Assembly: GCF_006345805.1 (NCBI RefSeq)
Contig: NC_043011.1
Location: 20,472,464-20,536,463 of the forward strand
Direction: 5' to 3'
DNA: 64,000 nucleotides
Source of the DNA: Octopus sinensis
Taxonomy: Eukaryota
How positions within the stretch are numbered: position 1 is the first letter of the stretch; every line of letters begins with the position of its first letter. Below, one piece after another: positions 1 to 11,578 of the stretch. The notes below the pieces were generated by a model that searched no databases, had not been told where the DNA came from, and saw only the letters and a program-made list of their open reading frames with translations. Made by a program: the position numbers and the translations under genes.

Positions 1-780
1 TGGATCTAGCCCAATTTGCTGATAAAACAGATAAATATCTGGGCCAGATATAGCCCCGAAAGAGGTAATCTGGCTGGAACTGTCTAATGACCTTCCTCAT
101 TCCCTCTTTTCTTATTGCAGAAGTCCCAGACTTTTACTCACCCTTCACATTCATCTAATATTTTCTATCTCTCTAACTCCTTTTGAGATAGCTATAGGAC
201 AGAACAGAGGTATGGTGATGATAATTCTTATCCAATGGGTCCCTAGTTTGCAGATAGGGGAGTAGCCCATAGATTTACATGTTAGCTGCAAATACTCAAT
301 AAAGAGTCCCAGACAAAATCACTGGTTGCCTTTTGTCAAAGTACAGCACCCGTGAGCCACCCTTCAGGGTCATGATGAAACCCTGAAGCCCTGAAGAGAA
401 GAGAAATGCCATTATCTTTGGAAAGCAGGGTGGAAATAGGGAACAGAATGCAAGACATAAAATACTTTGTCTTTGGATTTCTTCCTACTTTTCACGGAGC
501 AAATCACACTTTTATGAATCTTGGCCTGGGAAACCCATCGGTTTGATTAGTGCTGCAATCATCTACAGGGCCTGTGACCATAGACAAGAAATTAAATTAA
601 CCCTTTAGCTTCCAGTTTTCTGTCAAAAGTAATGCTTCTTTATTCACATTGTTTTGAATTAATCAGGTATTATCACATAGCTTCAAGATTCCAATGATAT
701 GACTGTTTACTTTTAAAGACTGAGATATCTGGCACCAAACTGTACTCAAGAAGACATGTCTGTCACAGCAGAATTGATAG

Positions 781-1250
781 CAGTACTGGTGTCACATAAA
801 AAGCACTGATGCTGGTGTCACACAATGAGCACTGGTGCTGGTTCCATGTTAAAAGCACAGGTGCTGGTGCCACACAACGAGCACTGGTGCTGGTGCCATG
901 TTAAAAGCACTGGTGCTGGTTCCACATCAAAAGCACTGGTGCTGGTGCCAAATTAAAAGTACTGGTGCTGGTGCCACATGGAAAAGCACTGGTGCTGGTG
1001 CCAAATTAAAAGTACTGGTGCTGGTGCCACATGGAAAAGCACTGGTGCTGGTGCCACATAACGAGCACTGGTGCTGGCACCATGTTAAAAGCACTGGTGC
1101 TGGTGCCACATAAAAAGCACTGATGCTGGTGCCATGTTAAAAGCACTGGTGCTGGTGTCACATAAAAAGCACTGGTGCTGGTTCCATGTTAAAAGCACTG
1201 GTGCTGGTACCACATCAAAAGCACTGGTGCTGGTGCTACATAAAATGCAC
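781..1250 (+). repeat. Minisatellite of about 29-30 bp (AAAAGCACTGGTGCTGGTGCCACAT-like), roughly 16 imperfect copies
   Basis: Tandem unit is directly visible and has no unique spacers. It runs into an RTE-type 3' end. Confidence 0.9.
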
Positions 1251-1432
1251 CCAATACACTTTATAGAATGGTTGACATGAGGAAGGGTATCCAGCCACAA
1301 AAAAAAAACCATGCCAGAATAGACAATGGTGCTTGATGTGGTCCCTAACCATACCAGCTCTGGTCAAACCATCAAACCATCAAACCCATACCAGCACGGA
1401 AAAACAGACGTTAAATGATGATGATGATAATG
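1250..1432 (+). mobile_element. RTE-associated 3' end (GGAAGGGCATCCAGC...AACCCATGCCAGCATGGAAAACAGACGTTAAATGATGATG tail)
   Basis: Same tail occurs at 3830-3895, 11800-11915 (-), 21290-21525 (+) and 34390-34590 (-), and next to an RTE ORF end at 10680-11160. Confidence 0.65.
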
Positions 1433-2227
1433 ACAATGATTGTAGGGTAGGTGTGAGAGGCCAGATTTAGCTTATTTGAACATAAAACAGATTTAATATT
1501 AGAGCTGGATATAGCCAGCTTAAATACTAAAGATTTACTCAAAAGACATTAATTATATCCAAACAAACTTGACCAAATGGCAACAAAACAGTGGTCCTTA
1601 ACCTTTTTGTAACTCCCTCCTGCGCACTTTCACTGAAAGGCATTTTAGAACAGCTGGTTATTTTAATGAAACAGAACTTAATTATGCGCATTGATTATTA
1701 TTCATTTATTAGTGGTCAGCAAGGACAGTAAGATTTTAGCCATCAACTCATGTGCGACTGAACATCTTTTATCTTTTATATTTTATTTGATGCAGTCGTT
1801 GAACCATGGCCATGCTAGGGCACCACGTGGAAGGGTTTACTCGCCCAAATCAACCCCAGGACTTTTTCTTTCCAAACCTGGTGTTTATTCTATCACTCTC
1901 TTTTACCATACCACTAAGTTACAGGGATGTAAGCAAACCAACAGCAGTTGTCAAGTGGTGAAAGGAACACACACAATCTCACACACATAGACACATACAC
2001 ACGCATGCACACACAACACACACACACACATGCACTCATACACACATACACACATACACTCAAACACATGCATATGCATGCTCACACATACGTACACACA
2101 CTCACATACACACACATGTACACACACACACACACACACACACACGTGATGAACTACATTCTTTCAAGGATTTGCTTACAGTGTTTACTAAAACCTCCTT
2201 CTCCTTTTTCTTTTACTACTAACTACT

Positions 2228-2274
<47 letters not shown>

Positions 2275-2499
2275 TACTACCATTCCTACTACTACTACTA
2301 CTACTACTACTAGACCCCATACTACAATTACAGTATCAAAACGCACACACTGCTTAGAGTATCCATAACTATTTGAAAAGCAGAACTGTAGAAGTAGTAG
2401 TAGTAGTAGTAGCAGCAGCATGTTGTTGTTGTTGTAAATGTTACTCAAAAACATGGACCAATCCTAGATAACATTCTCCTTCAACTTAATTAGGTTTTT

Positions 2500-2535
<36 letters not shown>

Positions 2536-3393
2536 GTATTGTTTCATTAATTCAAGAATTCTTTCAGCAACATCAGTAGTGGGCCAAAGAATGAACAGCT
2601 AGAAATAGCAGCTACATTCAACTCACACACTACAATGTTAAAAGACTATAAAGGATGCATCGGACTGGAATGTGTGTGCCTCGATATATTGTGTCAGAAT
2701 GAAAAGACAGGATGATCATGGCTGGAATGACTTGAATTATAGATTTTCATAGAACAGGACTGACCTAAGACTAAAAGAAACTGAAATAACAGCGGCAGCA
2801 TAATTAGAACCACCACCACCTCCACTATCATCACTTCCACCATTACCACCTCCACCACCACCTCCTACCATCACTACCTACCACCATCACCACAAAACCA
2901 TTGTCACCACCATCAATGCAGTTATCTTCAATCATACCCCAATATTAGTTTCCAGCTATAAGAGACAACTCACATCATAGTCATATCAGGAAATGATTCA
3001 AAACAAGTCATGTCTTAGCTGCTTGACCTTGTGACTTGTGACCTGTGACCTTCTGGTATATATATTCAACAGATTATTTCTAATGCTAAAGACCCATTGA
3101 GTTACAGAAGAAAGCCTCTATAGGGTCAGTCAACCTATGAGTGGTCAGAGTTATTGTTAACTCCTAGACATTCCATTCATGACCATCTAATCTTTGTATA
3201 AAACATAGTGTATCCATAGTGACTACCTTTATCCTGTCCTCCTCTTTTTAAAAGCATGATTTGAGAAGAATATGGCTGCTCTCTCTAGCAGGTAAAGTAA
3301 AATCGTAGAGGCTCCTTCATTGTTTTTGTTGTTGTTACTATGATGATGATGATGATGATGATGACACTTTTCTTCATACCAATCATTTTTCAG

Positions 3394-3517
3394 AAGGCCC
3401 ATAACCAATCATTACCATCATGGGTAAATGAGAGTGTTCTGAGGAAACTTCAGAAGCTACACGACAACAAATTCGACTTGATGTTTGGATCTCCGTTAAT
3501 GGCAAAACTTAAAGGAG
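3394..3517 (+). CDS. ACP2: Histidine acid phosphatase (ACP2/ACP3-like) internal exon, KAHNQSLPSW...MAKLKG(G)
   Basis: Acceptor ttttcag at 3391-3393 and donor GTAAGT at 3518. 124 nt, phase 0 to 1. Peptide resembles the xxHxxxLPxW...ARLxGG segment of lysosomal/prostatic acid phosphatases. ACP2 versus ACP3 orthology is not resolved. Confidence 0.9.
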
Positions 3518-4267
3518 GTAAGTAAAGTCCAAGTGAAAGGCGGCTATACCTGGCAGTGGTAGCATCTGACACCGAACACACCTGATAGCAACCTGTGTCC
3601 AGCCACACCTCAGAGTAGCCTTAATGCAAAATACATAGCAGTAACCATATCTGACAATAACCAATCCTAAATTGGCCACAACAACACCTGGTTATCAGCC
3701 AATAAGGAAGTTTCTAAAAGTCATTCATCTGTGTATGAATGGTAGTGAAATCTTTCACATTACACCCTACCATTTAAAAAAAGAAAGGATAAGTGCACAT
3801 TAGTTAGTGTAATTCAGACACATTATGCAGCTTGCCAGCACTGGTCAATCCATCTAACCCATGCCAGCATGGACAACAGATGTTAAATGATGATGTGCAT
3901 GCAAAAAAAGAGAAAGGATTTGACAGGAATGCCTTTCCTTGATCATTGGTCTAATCCAAGGGTTCTCAACCATTTTTCATCTATGGTCCCTTTTGATTAC
4001 TATTTGGCTGTCATGGACCCCTATAGCCATTCAGTGTTTAAAAACTAGAAATATTACATTTCGAAATATCTCAGGGAGATATAAGCAGTAATGGTACAAT
4101 AGAGTAGTTGTATACTGACAACTTAATGTGACAGTCCCTTGAAGGGAATCACACAACTGCTATTTAGCCCTAGGAAGCATCAACGCTTCCTGTTGGCCTT
4201 GACACATTTCCTGTGTCCTTATGTTTACAAGGGGGAGACAAGCACCCCCACCCAGCTAAGCCTGCAT

Positions 4268-4307
4268 CCAGAGACTAGTTTCTAAGTCTTGCTTGTCATC
4301 AGTCAGG
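4268..4307 (-). ncRNA. Hammerhead ribozyme, slightly degenerate twin of 4428-4468
   Basis: Minus strand CCTGA-CTGATGA-CAAG-caaga-CTTA-GAAA-CTAGT-C-TCTGG, with one mismatch each in stems I and II. Confidence 0.7.
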
Positions 4308-4427
4308 AGTAGCATAGCAAAGCTTATGTAATATTTCTATTTTTGTAATCAGTGGATTTATTTCACTAGAATTCTTATATGTTTACAAGGCCTAGACAGG
4401 CATCTCCAGCTAGCAGGCCATGCTACT

Positions 4428-4468
4428 CCAGACTGATGATGAGCAAAGACTCAGAAACTAGTCTCTGG
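4428..4468 (+). ncRNA. Minimal type I hammerhead ribozyme, intact core
   Basis: CCAGA-CTGATGA-TGAG-caaaga-CTCA-GAAA-CTAG-T-C-TCTGG: 5-bp stem I, 4-bp stem II, palindromic stem III ACTAGT, GUC triplet. Confidence 0.85.
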
Positions 4469-5519
4469 TTGCAGGCTTAGCTGGGTGGGGGTGCTTTTTT
4501 CCCCCTTGTAAACATAAGGACACAGGAAATGTGTCAAGGCCGACATGAAGTGTTGATGCTTCCTAGGGCTAAATAGCAGTTGTGTGATTTCCTTCGTGGG
4601 ACTGTCGCAATAAGTTGACAGTATACAACTACTCTTTCGTTTAAAAACTAGTTTTATAGAAACTTCTTTCAAAATTCCTGTTTTGTTGTTTTACACACAG
4701 TAACTTGTACAGGTCAAACTATGTAAAATGCTATAGAAAGAAACCTAGCTGTTTCTTGCAATGCATACCAATACATACATCGAAAGCAAAATTTTTTCAA
4801 GGGCCCCTAAAATACTAAAGTGGATCCCCAGTTTATTATTTTGTCACATGGACTCCCAAAAATCTTATGTAGATCTTCAGGGCCATATGGACTCTGGTTG
4901 AGAACCACAGGTCTAATCAGTCAGGGTTGATCTGAAGGTGAAAAAGGACACCAATGACAACCAAACCACTCTCCACCCACCCAACTGTTGTTGCACAATG
5001 GTTCTGACCATACAACCATGACAAAGACTATCTATAACCAAACAATCCTGATTTCCCCTCTCGCCAACCCTAACGTTTCTTTATAAACATATATGATGTA
5101 TCTTTAACTCTTTTAATACCAACCCACCTGAGACTGAACTTGGTTCTATGATACAAGCTTGTTATTTTACTGGGATTCAAATTAAAGTCTCCTGTCAGAA
5201 TCCTTTCTTTTTTTAACATTTTACATAGTTCAACCAACACAAGTTAATGTGTGAAAAACAAAACAGGAATTTTGACAAAAGTTTCTATGAAACTAGTTTT
5301 TAAACACTGAATGGCTATGGGGGTCCACCAGAATGAAATAATAGTCAAAGGGATCCATAGATAAAAATATGGTTGAAAACCCCTGATACAGAGAGTATGA
5401 GATGAGATACAAGGTATCACAATTCCTCTATTGTACCAACCCTAGACATGTACTTTATTTCACATCTACAACTGCTGGTTGATCTTCCGACTGAAACAAG
5501 GAAACAAAACTTCCTTTAG

Positions 5520-5550
<31 letters not shown>

Positions 5551-5966
5551 GCTGATACTCCTGATTGATGTGTCACCATTTTTTGGTGACAAGGTGGGAT
5601 TTAATTTCTGAATGTATAAGGTTAGAAGAGATACTGCAAAGCATCTAACAATTCCATCAATCCACCCCTACCCTTGAACTGATACCTCCTTCATTAACCC
5701 CAAAAGAATAAAAGGCAAAGTTGACCTTGACAGGATTTGAACTCAGGGCCTAGACAGTAAGAACAAATATAGTAAAGGGCTCTATCCAACAGTCTGATGA
5801 CTGCCAATTCACTGCCTTTACAGTTATGACCCACCATCATGTTGCGGGTGTGATTCATGTATGTATTTCTTATTCTTACAAAATGACTCCATCATGACAG
5901 AAAACTAAACTTTAATTTTAAAAGGGGTCGATGATCTTTAGGAATTTTTTATCTATTTTTTTCTAG

Positions 5967-6055
5967 GGCCAATACTGAAGAAAATTATTTCAAACATGAA
6001 TAGCGTTGCTATTGAGCGCCAAAAACCTGAAACCAAGTTATATTTCTACTCAGGG
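5967..6055 (+). CDS. ACP2: Acid phosphatase exon (G)PILKKIISNMNSVAIERQKPETKLYFYSG
   Basis: Not in the ORF track. T-rich acceptor ttttttctag, donor GTAAGT at 6056. 89 nt, phase 1 to 0, joins both neighbours in frame. Ends in the KLxxYS(A/G) motif that precedes the catalytic HD. Confidence 0.92.
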
Positions 6056-6355
6056 GTAAGTTGTTATTGTTCTTGTTCTTATTGGTATTGTTGTCATCAT
6101 TGTATTGCTTCCAAATTGAAGATTCGCCATCACTAGTCTACAGTATGAAGATCACAAGAAAGCAGAATAGACTTAGAGTATGCATGGACCAACAAATTTT
6201 GTCAGCACAATGAATTAACAATGATAGTGTTGTTATTTTAGATTCGCCGTGGATTATGACTGCTCTACAATAAATTTTAAGAAATACAGTAACAAAAAAA
6301 AACATAAAAAACACACTTTGCTAGCATGGAAAGCAGATGCTAAATGATGATGATC

Positions 6356-6726
6356 TCTCTATATATAAACGGCAGTTTGTCTGTGTGTGTTTCTGTGTGT
6401 CTGTTTGCTTGTACCCTCACCCTGACCACGGCTTTCAACCGATTCTGATGAAACTTGACACACACATAGCCCAATGTCATAATTCAAAACTAACGCAGCG
6501 AAAATTTTGAAAAGTTCCCCCAGTTCTGAAAAAAATCGATAAATTCGACATGGGGTCGAGAATCAGAAACACAAACCACAGACTATCTAGGGGACGCAAC
6601 TCGACCTTTTTAACTAAAAAAAAAAATTACCATCATTTTTTTTTCCAATTTTTGGCTATAACTCTCTAAAAATGCTTTATAGTTATTTCCCTTACAAACC
6701 CGAGCAACGCCGGGCGATACTGCTAG
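6356..6726 (+). mobile_element. Non-autonomous Helitron/Helentron-type element
   Basis: 5' TCTCTATATATAAA, GC-rich subterminal hairpin CCCG-agcaacgc-CGGG (6699-6714), 3' CTAG at 6723-6726, AT-rich insertion site. Confidence 0.75.
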
Positions 6727-6970
6727 TATATATATAAAAGATAAACCAAATTGCCTGTTTTATTTTGTTCACACTCTGTAATTTATTCAAACATGTTATA
6801 TAGATCAAAAGACAAATTATGTTTAATAATTTATTGTAATTTGGATTTAAATGAAATTCTAAACATTGGCTAATCATTATGTTATCTCATTTCAAAGAAC
6901 AATATTTCAATACACACACACACACACAGAGTTGTATAATTTCTCGACCTTTTTGTCTGTTCTCCTCCAG

Positions 6971-7163
6971 CATGATGCTACTGTGTCGGCTTTACTCAAT
7001 GCCCTAAGTGTTTCCAATGGCTTAAGTCCTCCATATGCTGCCAGTGTGATATTGGAACTTCATCAAAGTTTAGACCAAGGTTACTACGTCCAAGTATGGT
7101 ATAAAAATACTACAGTTGATCTGCTGAACTACATGCAGCCACCGTACCAGCTCACCATTCCAG
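6971..7163 (+). CDS. ACP2: Acid phosphatase exon with catalytic HD motif, HDATVSALLNALSVSNGLSPPYAASVILELHQ...QLTIP(G)
   Basis: Acceptor ctcctccag, donor GTCAGT at 7164. 193 nt, phase 0 to 1. HDxT...PPYAxxxxxEL is the signature of branch-2 histidine phosphatases. Confidence 0.95.
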
Positions 7164-8002
7164 GTCAGTCAATTATTGTTTTCATCATCATCATCATCAT
7201 CATCACCACCACCACCGTTATGATCATCACTGTGACCACTATCACTACCACCCACACCAATTCCTACCAATGCTACAATTCCATTTCACCCCCACCATTG
7301 CCACTATCAATTCCCACTGCCACTCTCATTATCAACAGCATCATCAGCCATTCAAGAATTTGGACCTGGAGATCTCCATTTCCAGCGACTTCAAGGGCCA
7401 CCTCCCAGTGGTGTCGGGCGTCAGCAAAGAGCCCTCGACTACAACAAGACGACCAAAGTTTTTTTTTTTCCAAGGTCTGGGGTCTCCTGCCCCTAAGCCC
7501 TAGACCATCACCTAATCACCCTTACCCGTCTTGTTGCTTAACAACAACAACAATAGCAGCAGCATCAATGCCTTTATCACTAGCACAACATCCACCACCA
7601 CCACCACCACTACCCCACCACCTTCACTATTCCACCACACTACCACCATCATCATTTCCACCAGCAGCACCAGTAGAAGCAGTGTTGTTTCAACATTTAT
7701 TGATTTTATTTTTGCTTTTTATTTTAGGGTACATTTTATTTTTTGTTATCCTATTATTAGTTTTTATTATTTTAATATTATTATACTTTTTGTTATAATT
7801 CTATTATTTTTTTTTTTGCTTTTATTTCTTTCTATACATGCAGAGAAGATGTTAATCCATTCTTCTTAATTCTATGTCCATATATGGGCCATATTCTCAA
7901 ATCTAAACTAGCATTTCTTCATTCTATGTCTTCCCAAGTGTTCTTTTCAGCTCATTCTTTTCTCTGTTCTTCTCATTACTTCTGAATAGATGAAAATAAA
8001 TA

Positions 8003-8515
8003 TACAAGGTATATTCCAGCAGTTTTCAGACTTTTTCAGGAGAGATATTTATTAATTTCAAAGAAGGGAAAACCCCTAATCTCCCTCAAAGTAGGATCCT
8101 CTAACATCAATGCACTTGTTGTAGCGCTCCAGCTACTTCATGGAAGTCCTCAAAAAAAAAGGCATGCAAGACCCTTGTCATAGCCTCCTTCAACTTCTTC
8201 CTCAGTTTGGGAAACAATCAAAAGTCATAAGGTTCAAAGTCTGGACTGTAGAGAGAGCATAAGACAGTAGTTGGTTAACAGCATGGAGATGTGGACTGGT
8301 GCATTATCCTGGTGCAGGTACTCTACCTGAACTCCCTCAAAACCTCCAAAAAGTACTCTTTTATTGACCATCTAGCCAGATGGAACCCAGTAGATGTAGA
8401 TGATGCCCATGCCCTTGTGACCAAAAAATGGGATCATCATGAGCCTCCCAGTAGACTCACTTTGCCTGGACTTTTGAACCAATGAAAACAGATGCTAGGG
8501 TCATACAAGTTAATC
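8003..8515 (-). pseudogene. Decayed mariner (DD34D-type) transposase C-terminus with one TIR
   Basis: Minus-strand fragments HQDNAPVH, YSPDFEPYDF*LFPKLR and LERYNKCIDVRGSYFEGD*, ending in a TACAAGG... TIR. Contains stops and frameshifts. Confidence 0.8.
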
Positions 8516-8724
8516 CATAGCTAGAGTGTGTGCTGCCCGGGGTGGCCCTTCCATCTGCTGCTCCAGACACCACAAAAAATACATATTGCCTACAGCAACA
8601 CCCTACAACAGGATGAAAAGTACTGCCCCTTTAAAAGTGCCACCCAGGGCGGACTGCCCCTACCACCAGCACCCCAGCTACGCTAGTGCCCATAGGTACT
8701 CTGGAGCATTCCATAAGCTTCTTA

Positions 8725-9140
8725 TTTCTTTATTGCCCACAAGTGGCTAAACATAAAGGGGACAAACAAGGACAGACAAACGGATTGAGTCGATTACATC
8801 AACCCCAGTGCGTAACTGGTACTTGATTTATCAACCCCGAAAGGATGAAAGGCAAAGTCAACCCCGGCGGAATTTGAACTCAGAACATAGTGACAGACGA
8901 AATACCTATTTCTTTACTACCTACAAGGGGCTAAACGCAGAGAGGACAAACAAGGACAGACAAACAGATTAAGTCGATTATATCAACCCCAGTACGTAAC
9001 TGGTACTTATTTAATCGACCCCGAAAGGATGAAAGGCAAAGTCAACCCCGACGGAATTTGAACTCAGAAAGTAACGGCAGACGAAATACTGCTAAGCATT
9101 TCGCCCGGCACACTAACATTTCTGCCAGCTCGCCGCCTTA
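8725..9140 (-). mobile_element. Two tandem copies of tRNA-derived SINE family 1 (core CTTTGCCTTTCATCCTTTCGGGGTCGAT)
   Basis: The family also occurs at 16113-16335, 17495-17720, 20905-21110, 30112-30556, 42500-43780 and 57055-57268, with a B-box-like GAGTTCAAATTCC. Confidence 0.85.
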
Positions 9141-9903
9141 ACCATTCCATAAGCTTCAGTAGCATTTTGCCCTGTTTAACACAAAACTTCATTGCATAGC
9201 AAGCTTCTAAATTATCCTTACATCCTAATTGCATTCCGCAAACAAGTGAGCTGTGACATGCAGTGTTTAGTAGAGTGTATTCAAAGTGGTTACAGCTGTT
9301 TCCTTTAATCTGGAATAACAAGAGTAGGCAGGATAACTTATCAAATGTGTAGTAATGATATGATATACTAAAATTACAATAATGTGGGACAGTTATTACT
9401 GACTATCCTAAAGGAAAATCTCAAAACTTCTGGAATGCACCTCATATATGTATACGTATGTATTTATGCAAATGTATGTGTAAGCTTGTATGTTACATGT
9501 ATGTTTGAGTGAGTGTATGTATATGCAAGTATTTACATATGTGTGTGTATGTCATGTGTGTGTGTGTGTATTTGTGTATAGCAAAATGGAAAATGGAAAT
9601 TTTTTGGTATTATTTATTCTCCATTACACATGTTTCATTTACTAATGGGAATTACAAATATTTACATGTTATATATAATTTCTATTTGCAAATGGAACAT
9701 GTGTAATGGGGAATAAATAATACAAAACAATTCCATTTTCCTGGGTTTTTTTATATAACTCTGCAAATAATATTTCTATAATCCTCAATTTTAATATGTA
9801 TTTTGATAAACAAACAACTGTAACTATGGATACACATTGATTGCAATAATGGAATAAGCAGATGTTCTTCAAGAGGAAACAGCTTGGGTTTGCCATAACT
9901 ACC

Positions 9904-9942
<39 letters not shown>

Positions 9943-9974
9943 AAATGAATGAATGTATACTCTTGTAAATGCAT

Positions 9975-10165
9975 GTGACCGTTGGTGATTTTTTTTCCTC
10001 CATCTTCCCTTCTCTGTATCTTTCCTTTTCCTATGTTTCTGACGAAGAGCTCCGCTTGAAACGTAAAACCCTCCTTCCCATCGTTCCTGAGCGTCCAATA
10101 ATACTATACTTGTTCCACAACCTAGCGTTGTTGTGTTTTCTCTTTGTGTTTTCATGTTTGGATTA
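9975..10165 (+). mobile_element. Penelope-like pLTR fragment, family B
   Basis: Near-identical copy at about 26415-26620. Both carry the same HHR and end in (TA)-rich repeats. Confidence 0.7.
10035..10069 (+). ncRNA. Minimal type I hammerhead ribozyme, intact core
   Basis: GTTT-CTGACGA-A-GAGC-tcc-GCTT-GAAA-CG-T-A-AAAC: 4-bp stem I, stem II with one G.U pair, ACGT palindrome, GUA triplet. Confidence 0.8.
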
Positions 10166-10279
10166 ACTGTATGTATATGTGTGTGTATATGATAGCACTA
10201 TTGAAGGATGCAGCATTAGAGCTGGCATTATGTTGAAAATCTCAATATTCCTAAAATTCTAATTGCTTACCATTTCTAG

Positions 10280-10390
10280 GTTGCTCCAAGGACTGTCCAT
10301 ATGAGAAATTTGTAGAATTAACAAAAGACAGTTTACCAGGAGACTGGGAAAGGGAATGCAAATCACTTCATTATTCGGATAATCAACATG
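10280..10390 (+). CDS. ACP2: Acid phosphatase exon (G)CSKDCPYEKFVELTKDSLPGDWERECKSLHYSDNQH
   Basis: Acceptor catttctag, donor GTATGT at 10391. 111 nt, phase 1 to 1. Matches the C-xxx-CP-xxxF...P-x-DW-xx-EC C-terminal motif of the family. Confidence 0.93.
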
Positions 10391-10595
10391 GTATGTGATA
10401 TAGTTAGTATTATTTTAAATCATTCAATTAATGAAGTTCCCTGTCCTTATCACTCCTTTGTACAACTTCTTGGCACATGACCCACTTGTTTTCCATTCCT
10501 TATGCCACCACTCTTATCAATCAGGCCCTTTCAGTTCATCTTGTCACCTGTGTTGTCAGTGGCAACACTGGACCAACCTCCCCTTCTGTACTGCC

Positions 10596-10598
<3 letters not shown>

Positions 10599-10680
<82 letters not shown>
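10599..10680. repeat. Perfect (GT)41 microsatellite
   Basis: Directly visible. Confidence 0.95.
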
Positions 10681-10681
<1 letters not shown>

Positions 10682-11160
10682 TTTCTATGGCTGGATGCCC
10701 TTCCTAACACCAACCACTTTCCTGAGTGAACTGGGTGCTATTACACAGCACCCAGCATAGGTGCTTTTTTTACATGGCTCTGGCTGAAGAGGGACACAGG
10801 TGACATGCCAGTATGCAAAGACAACTGTGTATTTACTTAGCATGACATGTCTTCTCAGGCACAGCGAGCTGCCAGAGATCTCAATCCTCTGCCATCCCCA
10901 TTCTGTGAAATCCAACATCTGAAGATCCTTTCTCACCACTTCATCCAGTGTCTTCCTAGGTCTACTCCTTCCACACATTCCCTCCACAATTACAACTCAG
11001 CACTTCTTGATGCAACAGACTTCATTCATACACATTACATGACCATAACAGCACAGTCTTCTTTCTTGAACACTGCTTCATATCCCCAGTTTTCTCTCAA
11101 GTCACTTATATTCTGTTGTATATGCTCTTTTTGCTTTTTATGGTTTTGCCACAGAAGGAT
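10681..11160 (-). mobile_element. RTE-clade LINE 3' fragment (ORF C-terminus plus 3' UTR)
   Basis: Minus-strand EGMCGRSRPRKTLDEVVRKDL resembles the RTE C-terminal G.R.RGRP.K.W..VV..D motif, followed by the GGAAGGGCATCCAGC tail. Confidence 0.7.
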
Positions 11161-11189
11161 GGTCAGTAACTGTTAATTTCAATAGGTGT

Positions 11190-11578
11190 AGGAGAGGCTG
11201 TGTGGTAAGTAGCTTGCTTACCAACCACATGGTTCTGGGTTCAGTCCCACTGTGTGGCACCTTGGGCAAGTGTCTTCTACTATAGCCTCGGGCCGACCAA
11301 AGCCTTGTGAATGGATTTGGTAGACGGAAACTGAAAGAAGCCCATCCTATGTGTGTGTGTGTGTATGTTTGTGTTTCTGTATTTATCCCCCAACATCACT
11401 TGACAACTGATGCTGGTGTGTTTACGTCGCCGTAATTTAGTGGTTTGGCAAAAGAGACCGATAGAGTAAGTTCTAGGCTTACAAAGAATAAGTCCTGGGG
11501 TCGATTTGCTCAACTAAAAGCAGTGCTCCAGCATGGCTACTGTCAAATGACTGAAACAAGTAAAAGAGTAAAGAGTAA
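11190..11578 (+). mobile_element. tRNA-derived SINE family 2, near full length
   Basis: A-box GTGTGGTAAG, B-box GGGTTCAGTCCC, tail GACTGAAACAAGTAAAAGA. Other copies at 12300-12460, 20575-20780, 23860-24060, 25722-25885, 26995-27572 and 33330-33470. Confidence 0.85.

Larger units (their letters stand above)
4049..4638. mobile_element. Non-autonomous foldback element with about 215-bp inverted arms, each carrying an HHR (Penelope-like pLTR architecture)
   Basis: Arms 4101-4315 and 4420-4635 are reverse complements. Flanked by a 13-bp direct repeat GTTTAAAAACTAG (4036-4048, 4639-4651) that is single-copy in the empty MITE at about 5290-5305. Confidence 0.8.
3957..4910. mobile_element. hAT-type MITE with 8-bp TSD, interrupted by a 590-bp insertion
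   Basis: TIRs CAAGGGTTCTCAACC / GGTTGAGAACCACAG. Identical GTCTAATC flanks at 3949-3956 and 4911-4918. A second, uninterrupted partial copy lies at about 5210-5385 in opposite orientation. Confidence 0.85.

Noticed and set aside
781-1250. CRISPR-like repeat array
   Set aside because: No unique spacers, no cas genes, and a eukaryotic context. It is a minisatellite.
6445-6460. CTGATGA-AAC as a hammerhead (also CTGAAGA at 391 and CTGATGA at 27902)
   Set aside because: No stem II or stem I. The 6445 motif is internal to the Helitron-type element.
6866-7798. 310-aa ORF as a single CDS
   Set aside because: Only 6971-7163 is an exon. The rest is stop-free low-complexity intron sequence.
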